A stretch of DNA of 63,894 bases, counting the filler, from Phoronis australis (Eukaryota; Animalia; Phoronida), in the NCBI GenBank assembly GCA_002633005.1. It is 10 parts of 10 records of this genome, joined end to end, with 100 filler letters (N's around TTAATTAATTAA, not from the genome) between each part and the next. Parts side by side here need not be neighbours in the genome. Positions count along the whole stretch, not along the records: positions 27,390 to 38,322 come from NMRA01000491.1; positions 38,423 to 42,936 come from NMRA01002568.1; positions 43,037 to 54,777 come from NMRA01001679.1; 7 more parts are not named here. One strand, 5' to 3'. This document shows, in pieces, positions 34,669 through 49,029 of the stretch (within the stretch, counting starts at the first letter, position 1; each line of letters starts with the position of its first letter). Under the pieces are notes generated by a model that was not told where the DNA came from, searched no databases, and saw nothing but the letters and a program-made list of their open reading frames with translations. A program made the position numbers and the translations under genes.

Positions 34669-37600
34669 ATTTATCCCATAAGCATCGAATTCGTGGGTTT
34701 CTGTTGTTTTCTATCGGCATTTTATGAATACTTCATCCTGACTGTTTATGTGGCTAATCATAACCTGTTGTGTATGTACGTGCGCTATATGTTTGCTAAC
34801 TTATTATAGTAAAAGAAAATAGTTTTAAATGTAATGGTTTATTGCTTGAAATTGATAAAAAGTGTGAAAACGACAGTTATCATGCATTGAACTTGTATCA
34901 TATTTCGAAAATAAATTGATAACAAAAAATATTTATAACATTGTAAAATCCTCATCGGGTAGCTGCACTCATTCATGAAACTAGGTCATTGACCGGAGCA
35001 CGTAGCCTACACGTCGTCTGCTTCCACGAAGATGCTATACACTGCAGTGCCACCATAAACTATAGATAGGGACTGCCAACTCCCGTTAGAGAGCGTTGCG
35101 CATGTCGCGGGCCACGGGACATAAGCACTAACGATGAGAGGGCGCTGCACACGCAAGATAGAAAACTTCCGGTTTTATGGAGCGGTCGTTCCCTCGTTTC
35201 AAGATTTGGTAAATTAATGAGTCGAATTGCTTGATTTTTGGAGTGTTTAAGACTTGTAAAAATAAATTGCGTATACTGTTCTCTGTCATGTCATTTAAAA
35301 CATTCACAAGATAATTCAGACATGTTATGAGTTACTAACGCCAGAAACGTCTTCAGCTGATTTTTTGTTGCAATTAGTATTGATGTTTGTTTAAATTGAG
35401 TACCGTACAAATCAGCTCATAATCATAAGCGCAAGTATTAACCAACAAAAATGAATTTGTAACAATGTTACACAATAAATATTTGTAATTCACACACAGT
35501 TTGTTCCAGGGGGAAGGCCAAAGGCTAACTGACATTGACATATCATTTGCAAAACTTGAGTGTCAAAAACTTGTGTGTCAATAACTTGCTGTCACTACTA
35601 ACATAGGCCAAAAGTACATTGTAAGGCAACTTCTAATCATAGCTACGATTATGCAAAATTTGTTCGATACATGACACTTGTTGCTGTTAACATTCTTTAT
35701 TCCATTCCGTTCGTATCGTCAGAACATTGGTAAAGAAACTAACCAAGAGACGACAAACAATATTTCGAAAACACTTGTTTCATCAAGTGGAAATAAAATG
35801 ACTCAGTAATACCACCACAAAGTAAAAGCTAATCAAATATGCAATGGTACACAGCAGGTGTGAAATACTGCAAAGACTGACAAATGGAGGGGGTAACAAG
35901 AATGTCGCGCTAACAGGTGCAGCATGACCCTGTTTGCTGCTCATTCAAAATGGGCTTGCTGAATGTAATCAAAAAGGACTCTCAATATTTTCAATAGCAG
36001 CACATCATGCTCTCCATGTCGACTGAAATGACATAATCTCCACAGTTTCTTGGCAAGTGATACTTATGTTTATGAAGGTGGGCATGCTCATTTTATAGAC
36101 CTAATGTCTATTCCTCTCTTTCAGGTTCTGAACATCCTTTAAATGTTACAAATACATAAAATATCTATAAAGTAATATGGAACGAAGAGTTGTATCTGGA
36201 ACGTGATTTTGTGAAAGTGAACTTTCCCCCAGGACTCTTCTATGGCTTTTTAACAAAAAACTGAGCTAATTTTCAGTATTGCATTGAGCGTGAATGTTTA
36301 ATTGCCACAACAGAATCAGTGCCACTATTAAGTAATGGAGATAACCAGCGATCGAATTGAAAACGTCAAAATTTGGAAGGACCAGTTGGCACTGTAATTT
36401 TCTTTAGGGTTTTGTGACCCCAACAGATATTCAATGTTCGAAAGGAAACTTGTATAGTATACTTTTAAAAATTAAGTTTTTGCATTTGATACACAGAGAA
36501 GGGAATTCAGTTTAAAGTGTTATATTTTTGCCTGCAGAAGAAAAAAGTTATAACATGAAATGAAACCACCACCTGAAACAAAATACCACAAAATTTGAAG
36601 TAGAGAACATGAGAGGTAAAGACTCGGGTTATGAACGGTGTTCTGTCAGCCTTATTTTTAGTGGTTATCAGATAGCACAGAACACACATTTTTCATTTTT
36701 TTATTTTCCCAGTTCCAATGAGTAAGTAACAGGGGTCTGGGATTCCCCTGCATTACTTTACAATTGGTAAGTGAAAAATGACAACACGATTATGCAATGG
36801 GATTTTTACAATAACAAACAGGAAAAAACATAATAACATTACATAAAGTGTTGCATATATTTCTGAGAACGAATACAAAAACACCCTTTGCAAACTATGT
36901 TTTACAAAATAGAGTTGTCAGAGCAAAGCAAAGTAAAAATTTCACCAGAAACACTTCAATAGTCTAAAATGGTAGCTTTAGCCACTTATATACAGTATAT
37001 ATTTGAAATATATTTTCGAGTTTTTTAATTTTTGCAGCCTCAAAAATAGCCTTTTTTCAGCAAATAGCACCCAAAATTTTCAGGCCACAAAAATATCAAG
37101 GGTAGACAACTATATTTGGGAATCCATAGCTTACTGTGTTGCTAAAACAAGATAGAGTCCTTTACATATAGGTTAACAACATACTGTCATCAAACCACTT
37201 TTAAAACGAAAAAACACTTCAAGAATTACCCTGGTTCGGTGAAAATATTTCTTTTGTTTCAAAATATTTCAAAACAATTCTAAAAATGAAATTGGTGTAA
37301 CAAATGATTTCAAAAATAGCAAAAATCAGAAACCTAGTTTTGTTCAGAGTATTTCGTCATTTATTCAAAAATCTTTGAGGTTATAAGAATTATTCTTTTT
37401 CCCCAAGTGAGATCAATGTTTTCACAATCTTAAGTTACGCACCATATGATAAAAATGATCATGTGCATTTTTAATTAAACAAAATTAAATTGGACAATAA
37501 AATTTCAATGAAATTTAAATCAATTTCATTCCTGTCAAATAATATAAGAATTGAGAGGCGCTGTGTTAGTGACCATCCAAAAAGAGCATACTCGTATTCT

Positions 37601-37807
37601 AAACGGTTTTGATGTACTGCAGCCTTGAATAAACAATTATTTTAATGCGAAATGTATTATTTTTAAAATGAAGCTGATCACAGCACCGCAAGGTAGAAAA
37701 CATGTAACAAAATTATTTTTGAAGAAAATAGACTGAATCTATCCCCAAAACTGAAGTTAAATTGAATTTTGAAAATATTCTGTAGTGTTATAATGGAAAT
37801 GTTTCAC

Positions 37808-38160
37808 CAATGGGGCTATTCGGAGAATTCTCCTCGCGGTGTCGCTGCTGTACTAGTGGTGATTGAATTGCGCATGCGTGGCTGTCTGCATGTAAACAAC
37901 TGGTAAAAGATGGAATTTTTTATCAAAATACGTCGTCGCGCTAAGCCTCATTACTGCTAAATTCCCTGGTGCAAGTCTTCGACAGGTGGCCACAAATTCC
38001 CAAAAGACCTAAGGTTACTATATTCGTGGACAATTGCAGTCAACAGGGTCAACTAACTGAAAAAAGTGTGTGGATGCTGAAGCCCCGTGTGTGCTCTATG
38101 TCTATGACTATGCAGTTCCATTCGGAGACTACACAACATTACTTCGTAAGTTTTTAGCAA
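37808..38160 (+). mobile_element. DNA-transposon-like end; a second copy lies reversed at 61403-61752
   Basis: CAATGGGGCTATTCGGAGAATTCTCCTCG... matches the reverse complement of 61420-61752 at high identity. Confidence 0.85.
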
Positions 38161-39306
38161 TCAGTTTCTATCAACATCGTTCGGTGATGTTATCCCCACC
38201 AGTTACCCCACTGAATAACAGTTTTATTGAGTGGAACTAAGTGTTTCTTTTTGGAAACTCACCCGATGCCGGGTAGGCTAGCAGCACATATTCATATTGT
38301 CCCGGGTGGGAGTGCTCCCAAANNNNNNNNNNNNNNNNNNNNNNNNNNNNNNNNNNNNNNNNNNNNTTAATTAATTAANNNNNNNNNNNNNNNNNNNNNN
38401 NNNNNNNNNNNNNNNNNNNNNNTTCACTAGTTTCAGCAATCGGAAGACGAAGATATTCCTGTGTACAAAAGATGGCTGTAACAACACTTTTGCCTCTCAA
38501 AACAAACTCAAGCAGCAACTAAGCATGGGCTGGCATGATAAACAGCCAACAGCACTTGAAGAACATCGCTGATGTGGGGAGAAAGTGGGCTGCCAAAGTC
38601 ACTGGTATAGAAAGTGAAGTTCGTGATCTAACAGCATGCTCGTTGAACTCAATTTGGCATCACAAATCCATAAGTTTTACGTATAACCTTTGCTGTGCAT
38701 TTTAGTCAGACTGTTCCTAGTTGACTTAATTAATAGTCAACATGGAAATACGCTGTGTGATGTTCTATATTACAACGCAACAAAAAGTGAAGCTGTTGTG
38801 GAGCATGCTACTCAACAGCCTATGCAGCTATGGCTTGGACGTTCCCACAAATTTAGGCTGGATTTTTTTACATGGATTATTGTATCAATCAGACCACTCA
38901 AACAGCACAATTCGCTCACTTATAACCACAACATTTGAATTTTGTAAGCTCGTTTGGTGAATTCACAAAACATGGCTACCCATCCAAAAAGCATGGCTCC
39001 TGGTGTTGCATCCAGCTTTGTTACCTTTAAACACTCTTCAAACACTCTTCCCTGAGTCATGCACATGATTCTTAGTCACGTCAGTTTTTGACCTGATTAT
39101 TGGTTGCAAAAGCTGTGTTTGATTTGTGTGAACAGGGATCAGCTTACAATTAGGTGTGTGAGTGGTGTTTACGAGTGTTTGACAATTGTTGCTCTGGTAG
39201 CCTGCCAATGGACTAGATAACATATACTATCTTATTGAGTTTTACATTTGCAGGTGTAAAAATGCAGGCAGCTAGTACCTAAACAGCAGGAGAGTCATAC
39301 AGCACA

Positions 39307-39430
39307 ATGGGGTGGGCTCTGAAGTCAGCATAAAGGTCTGAAATAATGACTGAAAGCGTAAAGATGTTTTTGAGTGATGCGTTCAACGAAGGCATGAAAA
39401 CTGGTCAAAAAGCGATCCACTGAGGTGTTC
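39307..39430 (+). pseudogene. Remnant of a transposon-associated protein C-terminus (MGWALKSA*...VKMFLSDAFNEGMKTGQKA/DP)
   Basis: GWALK...FL...F..G..TG.KADP pattern recalled from invertebrate transposon-derived proteins; has a stop and a frameshift. Confidence 0.45.
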
Positions 39431-40306
39431 TCAACAAACGAGAACTGCAGGACACAATCATAGAACAGCTGTTAGAATATCTTGAGCAGTATCCATGTAG
39501 ATCATAATCATCAGTGTTAATGTATTCTTGTTGTGCATCTTATGGTGTGTCTATTGCTATGAAGTAATGCTACTAGTTAGTTTGATTCCATGATATTTTC
39601 TGTGAAATTTTTTCTCACGCCAAGAGTGTTCCTTTAACTGTCATTTCCGGGTTATTTGTATACAGTAATATACAGTACAAGCCAAACGTATCCTAAAAAA
39701 CGACCCGGAATTCCTTGCCATGACAGCTGGGGCAAAAGAAGAATTCATGGTCAAAGTGGTCTTCCTTTGTGACTGAAAATGAAGGGAAACAGGAAAGTTA
39801 GTATGGTGGCTAAGACATTCTGTAATTAGCTGTGGTAATAGCTATTACCAGTCATTTTTGCATTAACAGGACTAGCCATCAAGTGGGGCAAAGATTTATA
39901 TTGTCTGATTACTTTTGCCTTGTTCTGTATGACTGTTTGCAAGCATGCGTGTGAAGACCCAATATGCTGTCATCCCGGTCTTTTTGTCTGGCATCTGCTA
40001 CTTCATCTCCAAATCCTTAGTGAATGTGAAATTTTACAAATGAGATGACACAAGAAAGTTTCGGGATGCATTTGACTACCACTGGGCCCCTAGTGGCAAC
40101 TTTACTTCTTCATGTTAGTCTCTTTATCTAGCAAGTTTTTTGACTGATTTTCATCAAATTTCACAAATAAGTTTCAGTTATGGAGACAGCCACATTTTCC
40201 TACTTCCTGGCGTACCTATGTAATCTGTACAGAAATGTTGCCATTGAGATGAGCACAACTGACACTGATTGTTGATTGGACGATCTCCTATGGTGCCCTT
40301 TAATGG

Positions 40307-40462
40307 CAGTGCTGCAGGGGTAAAATTAAAGGTAAGTAGGCGCCCAAAGCCCACCGTATCACCTTAAGCACTGAACGTAACTTATGGTGCGTAGGCACTA
40401 CGTTCAAATGCAAAAAGGTGGTTGGTTGCACCTACCTGTGCCTACGTGCCACTACAGCACTG
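40307..40462. mobile_element. hAT-type MITE
   Basis: TIRs CAGTGCTGCAG / CTACAGCACTG; 8-bp flanks TTTAATGG / CTTAATGG. Confidence 0.8.
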
Positions 40463-42167
40463 CTTAATGGCAATTTAGGTTTCCTTTATGTATGCCTCTA
40501 TATTTACCCAGTTTCTTGATGTATTTTCGTGCAATATGGTATATTTGTATGTCATTAGTGCAAAGGACACCTATTTGCAGAATTTTTGTTTTCACATTTA
40601 CATTGATTTACAAGTTGTCAATGAATACAACTGCACTTTTTNNNNNNNNNNNNNNNNNNNNNNNNNNNNNNNNNNNNNNNNNNNNNNNNNNNNNNNNNNN
40701 NNNNNNNNNNNNNNNNNNNNNNNNNNNNNNNNNNNNNNNNNNNNNNNNNNNNNNNNNNNNNNNNNNNNNNNNNNNNNNNNNNNNNNNNNNNNNNNNNNNN
40801 NNNNNNNNNNNNNNNNNNNNNNNNNNNNNNNNNNNNNNNNNNNNNNNNNNNNNNNNNNNNNNNNNNNNNNNNNNNNNNNNNNNNNNNNNNNNNNNNNNNN
40901 NNNNNNNNNNNNNNNNNNNNNNNNNNNNNNNNNNNNNNNNNNNNNNNNNNNNNNNNNNNNNNNNNNNNNNNNNNNNNNNNNNNNNNNNNNNNNNNNNNNN
41001 NNNNNNNNNNNNNNNNNNNNNNNNNNNNNNNNNNNNNNNNNNNNNNNNNNNNNNNNNNNNNNNNNNNNNNNNNNNNNNNNNNNNNNNNNNNNNNNNNNNN
41101 NNNNNNNNNNNNNNNNNNNNNNNNNNNNNNNNNNNNNNNNNNNNNNNNNNNNNNNNNNNNNNNNNNNNNNNNNNNNNNNNNNNNNNNNNNNNNNNNNNNN
41201 NNNNNNNNNNNNNNNNNNNNNNNNNNNNNNNNNNNNNNNNNNNNNNNNNNNNNNNNNNNNNNNNNNNNNNNNNNNNNNNNNNNNNNNNNNNNNNNNNNNN
41301 NNNNNNNNNNNNNNNNNNNNNNNNNNNNNNNNNNNNNNNNNNNNNNNNNNNNNNNNNNNNNNNTCGCTCCTCTTTTCAAATATTACAGTAAAAACTATGT
41401 AAAACTCTCTCCATAAAAAGTACAGTCTGCTAGCTAGATTGTAATCAGCTGATCATATCCGCATGAGCGAAGCCAATTATCCTCGCTCGTGACTCGATGA
41501 CTAGAGCAGCTTGGCGGCATCCCTTTGAGCATGAGCCGAGCGCGTCTCAGTCAAGGTCGATAAATACGGTCTACTTCAATTTTCCATGCCCCACCGTTTA
41601 CCTTAATCACTGGGGTTAGGACCAATCTTATTTAGTGGGAATGTTCACAGCATGTAAAGCTGCAATTCCCTCTTCGCTGAACCATTTGGATGCTTGGTTC
41701 TCACACGGAGAAATCCCGGTTCAACAACGCCATGGCGCCAATCAACGAAAGAACCTTTGTCGACCAGACAGGATGACAGCATTCCATGCTGCCGGTAGTC
41801 AGAAAACCCAGGCCAGAGACGTGGCCGACCTAAGCCAGGGGACAGGTTTGATCCATACATGGGAGAGGAGTGTTGTCACACATGACTTGCGAGAGTGACG
41901 TGCTGCCATATAAAGTCTCTCTAAATCGCTCAGCTCTCATGCGACCCTGGTTCAAGTCTCGGGGTCAGCAAGATTTTTCAGCACTACAACAATACTGACG
42001 GTAGACACTGGTTGGGTATAGCGGTACTTGATTTAGATAAGCAGGCAATCACTGAATAACGAGTCTGTTACTTAGTAGATGAAACTGGTTCAGGGACCGC
42101 TATATCTGACCAGTGTCAGTGGCAGTGCCCTGCGGCTGCGGGCTTGACTCAGTGACCAGTTACTTAC

Positions 42168-42322
42168 AATTCCACCATCCACTCTCCTGTTGTCATTTCC
42201 GACCACGTCGATTCCGTGAGCACAATCGGCAGCACCTTTTCTTTGGAATTTGATGGAGCGATTAAAAGAAACCATGCAAAAATTGTTAAGATATTAACAC
42301 GTGTCATTCTCATTGAAAACAT
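42168..42322 (-). CDS. TMX1: Thioredoxin-related transmembrane protein 1-like, coding exon 1 (signal peptide and start of the Trx domain)
   Basis: MFSMRMTRVNILTIFAWFLLIAPSNSKEKVLPIVLTESTWSEMTTGEWMVE(F) followed by gtaagt; resembles TMX1 ITDENWRELLEGDWMIEF ahead of YAPWC. Confidence 0.8.
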
Positions 42323-44039
42323 AGTGAAACCTCCACCTCCAGTGCGCTCAAGTGAAACTGTGCGCGACGGCAATAGCAGTGTGACCGGAGCGCACTCTCA
42401 ACTCAAAACTTTAAAAAGTCTTGAGTTGAACGATTACGTTAGTAACGTGGTTCTCAGGGTTCACATTCTCTCATGCCATTGATATTGCGTGAAGCAAATA
42501 TAGAGGGTCTGTGAAAAAGACAGTTCCCACGACACATTCTTGGGCAGTGAGTATCGAGACGGTCTCGCCACCTGGTGACCAGTGATAGATAGAGACAACC
42601 GTGAGGGCGGGCGGTCAGTCTCATGAGCTCCGGATTCCCGTCGTTTGGTAAACGACGGTTGTATCCTCAGTGGCTTTACTGGGAGACAGTCGAGCATTGC
42701 ACAAAAAGTGTCTCCTACTCCTCTGAACTCAGTCTTAGTACTGAGTGAATGAGTATATGAAAGGGAAGACAAATTAATAAGTTGATAAGTAAATTACCGA
42801 CTAAAAACTCTATGAGATTCGATACAGGTGGGGACGCAAGGGCACTAGTCTCCTGCACAGACCCTCGAGCTATCCGTGACGTCAGCGGTGTGAGGCCCGG
42901 GAACCAGCCGTTAGCAAGCATGCGCGCACCCAGAGGNNNNNNNNNNNNNNNNNNNNNNNNNNNNNNNNNNNNNNNNNNNNTTAATTAATTAANNNNNNNN
43001 NNNNNNNNNNNNNNNNNNNNNNNNNNNNNNNNNNNNCTTTAACGGTTTACTTATGGAGCAAAATTTAAAACAATTACAAAGTTGCCACATTCTTCACACA
43101 CTTGACCCGGCCCGGAAATGCAAAACAATCCCGAAAGAGCTCTTGTGGCCCTTAATTCCAAGTGGGTTTGATGTTGGTGGGGTCTTTTTCGGAAATATCC
43201 GGTACTCACATTTGGGTATGGCAAGCCTAGACTATGCTTGACGTCCATCCAGCAACTGTTGTCCCAATCATTTTTCGCTTCTGAAGACAAAAGGCAAATT
43301 TTCATTCCACCTGTCATGACGAAATCTCCCGACAATAACTTTCATACGAACAATAAAACTGAGGCTATTAAAGTTGGACATTGGCTATTACTTAAATGAT
43401 TAAAATGATTCAAAAAGAATTCATATGTCGTGAATGGTCATGCGACCAATATCAATACGCGTGGGTTATTTTAGGCACATGGGCACCAACCTCTTGTTTG
43501 GGTGACAAAAACAATCCGCACATAGCACTTTATATTGAAAAGATATGAAATTATGTAACCAATGTCTTTGGCAGAAAAATAGTTGATAGACACATTGGAA
43601 AAGCGATTAGCCGTTGCAGGGCCCATCCCAAGAGAATAGTGCATGTGGCTTATGGGAGACGCCCCCTTCTGGTCGCCACCTTCCAACGACAAAGCCTCGA
43701 GTAGCAAATGTTTTTTTTAAAAGTGATTCTAACCTTGAGGATCAATTTTGGGTGATTTTAATTACTTTTCGTAAGGAAATGGGATTCGGCCACAATCTTC
43801 AAGACAGAATATTTAAAAATATTAAATCGAGGCATCGAGGTCATTGTCCTCAAAATTCTTACCATCCCACAGAATTGTATATAGTTTGTCTTCAAAATCA
43901 GCGCCAGCGTAAACAAGAAGCAGTCGAAGTGGCTGAGCCAGCTGAAACAAACAAGGGAGATAATGACTGACATTGGCAGAGCAGACGGTCTCCATTCCTC
44001 ATGAACCACGTGGAAACTTTTATCAACTGGTTTTTCGGA

Positions 44040-45245
44040 TATGTCTCTATAATCCGAAAGTTCATAGGTCTAAAGGTTCGCTAGTCCAAACAATTGAAAA
44101 TTTCTAGAAAATGCGAAAAAATTCAAAAGTCAAGGTTCGGTAGTTCGAAAACAATAAAAGCGTCGAGGTTTCTACAGTCCGAGAGCTCTGTGTTTTGAAG
44201 GTTCTATAGAACCGACAGTGGAACCTTTCGACTATAAAAACTTCAGACTATAGAGGCATCGAATTTTGTTGTCGGGCAATGAAATCTGTCACAATTTGGT
44301 CTCACTTGTAAATGATTTGAATATCAAGAGATTGCTGCTGTTAGTTGGTCAATGCAGAGCCAACCCCTTTGTATTGTTATGCAAATGTGCTCGTAGCAGT
44401 CACGATTATGCTGGTATACACGTGTTACTGGGCAGTTTACCGATAGTTTGGGCGGAGAGCAGTTGTGCTTTGCCACGCTGTTACTTTATATTTGAAGCAC
44501 ATGGTGCTCATACCAGTCAAAACGCTTTGGAACTCGTAAGACAGTGTGTTTTGTATTAAATATTTGTTGGTACAGGTACTTACTTATATGTTATGCTAGT
44601 CAGTTTAATGTACCTGAGCTTTACTTGCCTTACCATTTCTTCTAGATGTAATTCGAAAATACGTTTATGCTATGGTTGGTTACTGCCGGAGTCGGTTGAC
44701 TTACTTGATACTGTACCTATGTAATATCTAGGTGACCCTTAAGTTTTATGACCACGCAGCTGAACCATGGGTGCGGGGGGCTGGTCAAGCTGGGCGGCGT
44801 AATATTTGTCCGCAAGAGGCTGGTCAAGCTGGGCGCCGTAATATTTGTAAAGCAGTGAAAATCTCTCAGGTTCTGAGAAGCCAAAGTTGTGGCACGTGTA
44901 TGACCATAAAGAGACATTGAGACTCTTGTGAACAATAGCAATTCTCGTATCGGCAATTATTACTATGAGTTTGTGTGTGTGTGTGTGTGTTTTGTGTGTG
45001 TGTGTGTGNTGTTCTGTTTTTATGTCCTGAGATATTGTCTGACACTAGACGAACTTGACAGAATCTTTGGACTACAGAACCTTTGCACTATAGCACCTTC
45101 AGACCATAGAACCTTCGGACTATAGAACCTTTGGATTATAGAATCTTCGTACCGTAAAACCTTCGGAGTAGGCCCATAGAAGCTTCGTACTATAGAACCT
45201 TCCGCCTATACAGCCTTCGGACTACAGAGCCTTCGTATTATGAAC
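44040..45245. repeat. Arrays of about 17-19-bp (GAACCTTCGGACTATA-like) subterminal MITE repeats at 44040-44260 and 45050-45245
   Basis: Repeats visible on both strands; a related family lies at 49030-49790. Confidence 0.65.
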
Positions 45246-45769
45246 TTGGGTGTTTTTTTTTCTTACTACCAAGCACGTGCATACTCATATTCATAATGAT
45301 GGCCAACTCCAAAGCCCGCTTTTCATCACAAAATGTATTTTGATTCAGACGGCTTAATTAATACGGTAATGAAATTGGTGTCCAATTGTTTCGTAGTTTC
45401 GCGGCTTCGAAGGAAATGACAGTCCAAATTGAAAATTGTCTTTATTTGTGACGGAAGGAGAATTAACTATCCAAAACCCTGTTGAAGATGAATGAACTAG
45501 TGAAAGCTTTTTATCATCCTTCAAGAGTCGCAATTTTCAAGACCAGATTGTAAAAGAAACCGGCACTTTTAGAACCGGTACTTTTAGAATTGAAACCGGT
45601 ACTTTGCGCATGTATTTTACGGGTGGTTTTATTCACGGTGGCGATAACTGAGTACTTGTATGCAGCCCAAACCCAACGCCCAGAACACAGGGATAATGTA
45701 AGCCTATGTCCTTTCAGGAATTGCATGTCATGATTCACCATACTAGTTACCCCACAGCATTCAGCAAAC

Positions 45770-48490
45770 TAACAGCCTCTCTGCATCTGCAAGGCTGATG
45801 CAATTGCTTAAGAAGAATCACTCCTCCAGACTCGAGGTCATTCAAAAAGAGGATGACTCATACACACGCTCCGCCGAGGAAACACTCGAAGTCATGATGG
45901 GTAAGCACTATTCTGATAGTGTAAACCTGTCAAACCAATATTCAAAAGTGACGGACTCCGAGGAGTGTGAACCATTAGCTTATGCTGATGTTGAAAACAT
46001 AGCCACACCACATCTCGTGGAGTTAGCTCTAAAGTCTTTTAAACCATGGAAGTCCCCAGGACTAGACATGATATATCCTATAATGTTGCAAGAAGCTGGG
46101 ATACCACTATTCTAAATACTCACAGCAACTTACAAAGCCAGTCTTAGACTAGGTTATATCCCCAAGACTTGGACTGAAGCTAGGGTAGTCTTCATTCCTA
46201 AACCAGGGAAGAACTCGTACCTTTTGGCTGAATCATTTGGGCCTATAACCTTAACATCCTTTCTTCTCAAAGGACTGGAAAGGCTCATTCTGTGGTATCT
46301 TGATAAATAAGGAATAAAGAACAAACTTCAGAACAATCAGTATGCTTATAGGCCTTTCTTCTCTACGGAGACCGCTCTACATCATCTGGTTGTTAGACTG
46401 CAAAGGGCTGTTTTTAATAAACAATTTGCCCTCTGTGCCTTCATTGATCTTGTTGGTGCTTTCAGCAATATTAAGCATGATGCGATCCGAATTGCACTGA
46501 ACCACTTTAAAGTGAATAGGTGTCTTACCAGGTGGATCATTAACATGCTTGGAAGTCGATCTGTGACTGCTTGTCTAGACAATGTGAGAGTGGCGGTTCG
46601 CATCACCAGAGGAACACCTCAGGGTGGCGATGCCTCACCCACCCTCTTTAATATGGTTATAGATGGTTTGCTTCGACAATTATCTACTGGCATGGGTCCA
46701 AGCTTGTATGTTCAAGCCCATGCAGATGATATTGTTCTCAGTGTGTCTAGCATCGATCCTGACACATGTCGCTATCTTGCTCAAACAGCACTGAATACAA
46801 CAGCCACATGGGCTAAGTCAGTTGGCTTAGAAATTAGTGGTAGCAAAACCAAGGTGATTATGTTCACTTGGAAGCTTAAATGGTCAATGCGGCCTTTAAC
46901 GCTGAATGGTAAACATCTTGATCTTGTAGACAAGGCGACTTACTCAGGTGTCATTTTACACCATCGTCTTTCCTGGACCCCGCATATTACAGAAAAAATC
47001 TCAAAAGCCAAATCTGCATTGGTGAGATGCAGTCGTGCGGTGTGTAAAACATGGGGAATGTCCCCCAAGAATATATTCTGGATTTATACTGCTGTTATAC
47101 GACCTATAATGTCCTATGCTTCGTCGGTATGGGTAACGGCATTAAAACAGATTACAATTATCAACAAACTTAGGCAGTTGCAACGTCTAGCTTGTCTGTG
47201 CATAACCTCTGCTTTTCCTGGAACGCCTTCTGCAGCCCTAGAAATGCTAATCGGTCTACCACCACTGAACATATACCTTGAGGGTGAAGCTGCATGTGCT
47301 GCACTACGTCTCAGATATAATGGTCAGTGAGTGAAAACTAACATCCCTGACTCCGTTGCACACAGAAGCCACAGGAATGTTTGCAATAAGCTAATGGCCA
47401 AGACTGGGCAACTATGGAACATGCCTAGTGATGTCCAGGTCACAGCTTTAAATCATACAAACAATTTCTTCACGGAAATTGGCGATGGATGGCCTACCGC
47501 AGAACACAAGAATGAGGTGGTTTGTTATACAGACGGCTCTAAACCCGAAAATGCCAGACAGGTGCTGGGGTCTACTTTCCAAGCCTTCCTGTTGCAGATG
47601 CAGAAAACTGGGTATCGCTAGGCAATCTTGCCACGGTGTTTCAGGCTGAGATCACAGCAATTAATAGAGCTGCTCAACTGGCACAACAATATAACACTGA
47701 ACTTGGCAATCGGCCAATTACCACCCTTTCAGATAGCCAACCAGCAATAAAAGCCCTGGAGAAACTAAGGGTCAACTCTCGTTGTGTTAATGCTTAACAA
47801 GCTTGAAAATGAAAGAACCGTCAATATACGCTGGGTCAGGGCCCATGTGGGAATTGATGGCAATGAGAATGCAGACAGACTCGCAAATATAGGAACAAGC
47901 GTTCTGCATTTTGTGCCTGAACCTTCTATCCCGGTATCTTACGGATTTTGAAGGATGAGTATACGTAACTGGGTACATACCCAGTCAGCAGCCCAGTGGA
48001 CATCACTTAACTCCTGCAGAGAGACCAAGGAGAATTTTCCCAACGTGATCGAACCAAAAGGTTCAAAAAGCCTTCTGAGTCTAGATAGATTGGGTATAAG
48101 ACACGTCATTCAAATTTTGACGGGCCACTGCAACTTAGCCCGACACAGACACATTACTGGGCATATGGGGAGCCCTGTGTGTCCTGAGTGTGGTACTGAC
48201 GTAGAATCTCCTAAACACCTGGTAGAGTCTTACCCAGCTTTTTATAGGCTAAGGAGCAACCTACTGGATGGCATTGTTACATGCCTACAACATATAGTGC
48301 ATGGCAACAAATGGAAATGTCTGTCCGTTTTCCCTAAAGGAGACTGGCAGACTTGAAAACTTTCTTCACGAGGAGCCAAAATTGGGGTCTCGTGCTTTTG
48401 CTCAGGTGTTTTGTGCAATGGGCCCAATCATGAGGCCTGCGCACGTCTGATGCACCGCAAATGACATCAGACCACCTGCACTGCTTTTTT
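45770..48490 (+). mobile_element. 5'-truncated, decayed Loa/Lian-type non-LTR retrotransposon with RT and RNase H
   Basis: KSPGLDMIYP, FIPKPGK, GTPQGGDASPTLFN, AHADD, TWGMSPKNIFWIYTAVIRP; RNase H YTDGSK, TVFQAEI, SDSQ, WVRAHVGIDGNENADRLA; C-terminal LTGH...CPECG..ESPKH. Confidence 0.92.
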
Positions 48491-49029
48491 TTACCCAACA
48501 GCATCGATCAATTCGGCAAACCTTCTTTGTTTTACCGTTTCTATTATCCCTGGGACACTCCTCAGACGATCCCAGAGCCCATACTAACCCCTCGAATATC
48601 CCAATATCCTACAATAATCGACATAATGATTGTGATTCAGCGCGAGCGAGAAATCAGGACAGCAAGTGTACACCTTTCCCACAGTCCCCGACGCATGCTG
48701 TCAATGCATCAAGAGGATTATACGCCGAATAAGCATCGACACATAATTCCTGGGTCGAGTTCAATATTAACGTTGACCTCGTTATATCGCTGTGTATTTT
48801 TGAATAAGAGCAAGGGATTTTGGCTAGATTTTTTCCTCCTGCGAGACAGCTATTGAACTCTACCCTGACGAAACAACCAAGTATGTGTAGATATGGCGTT
48901 CCACAAGGAAAGGGGGCAATCGAGTATTTTTGTGTGACTGCATTGCTAATCGCCGCCTCAGGATGTATGCCACGCTTCGCAGATTTCATACGAGCAACAA
49001 CCTTGATGGAAAAGATTTCCAAGGTTAGG

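Noticed and set aside
40488-41402. Long ORFs of 253-304 aa
   Set aside because: They consist almost entirely of an N gap
41935-41975. tRNA-like B box (GGTTCAAGTC)
   Set aside because: No complete cloverleaf; at most a SINE remnant
43471-43707. WCPCA as a candidate TMX1 active-site exon
   Set aside because: Lies upstream of exon 1 on the minus strand, across an artificial spacer, and is not WCPAC
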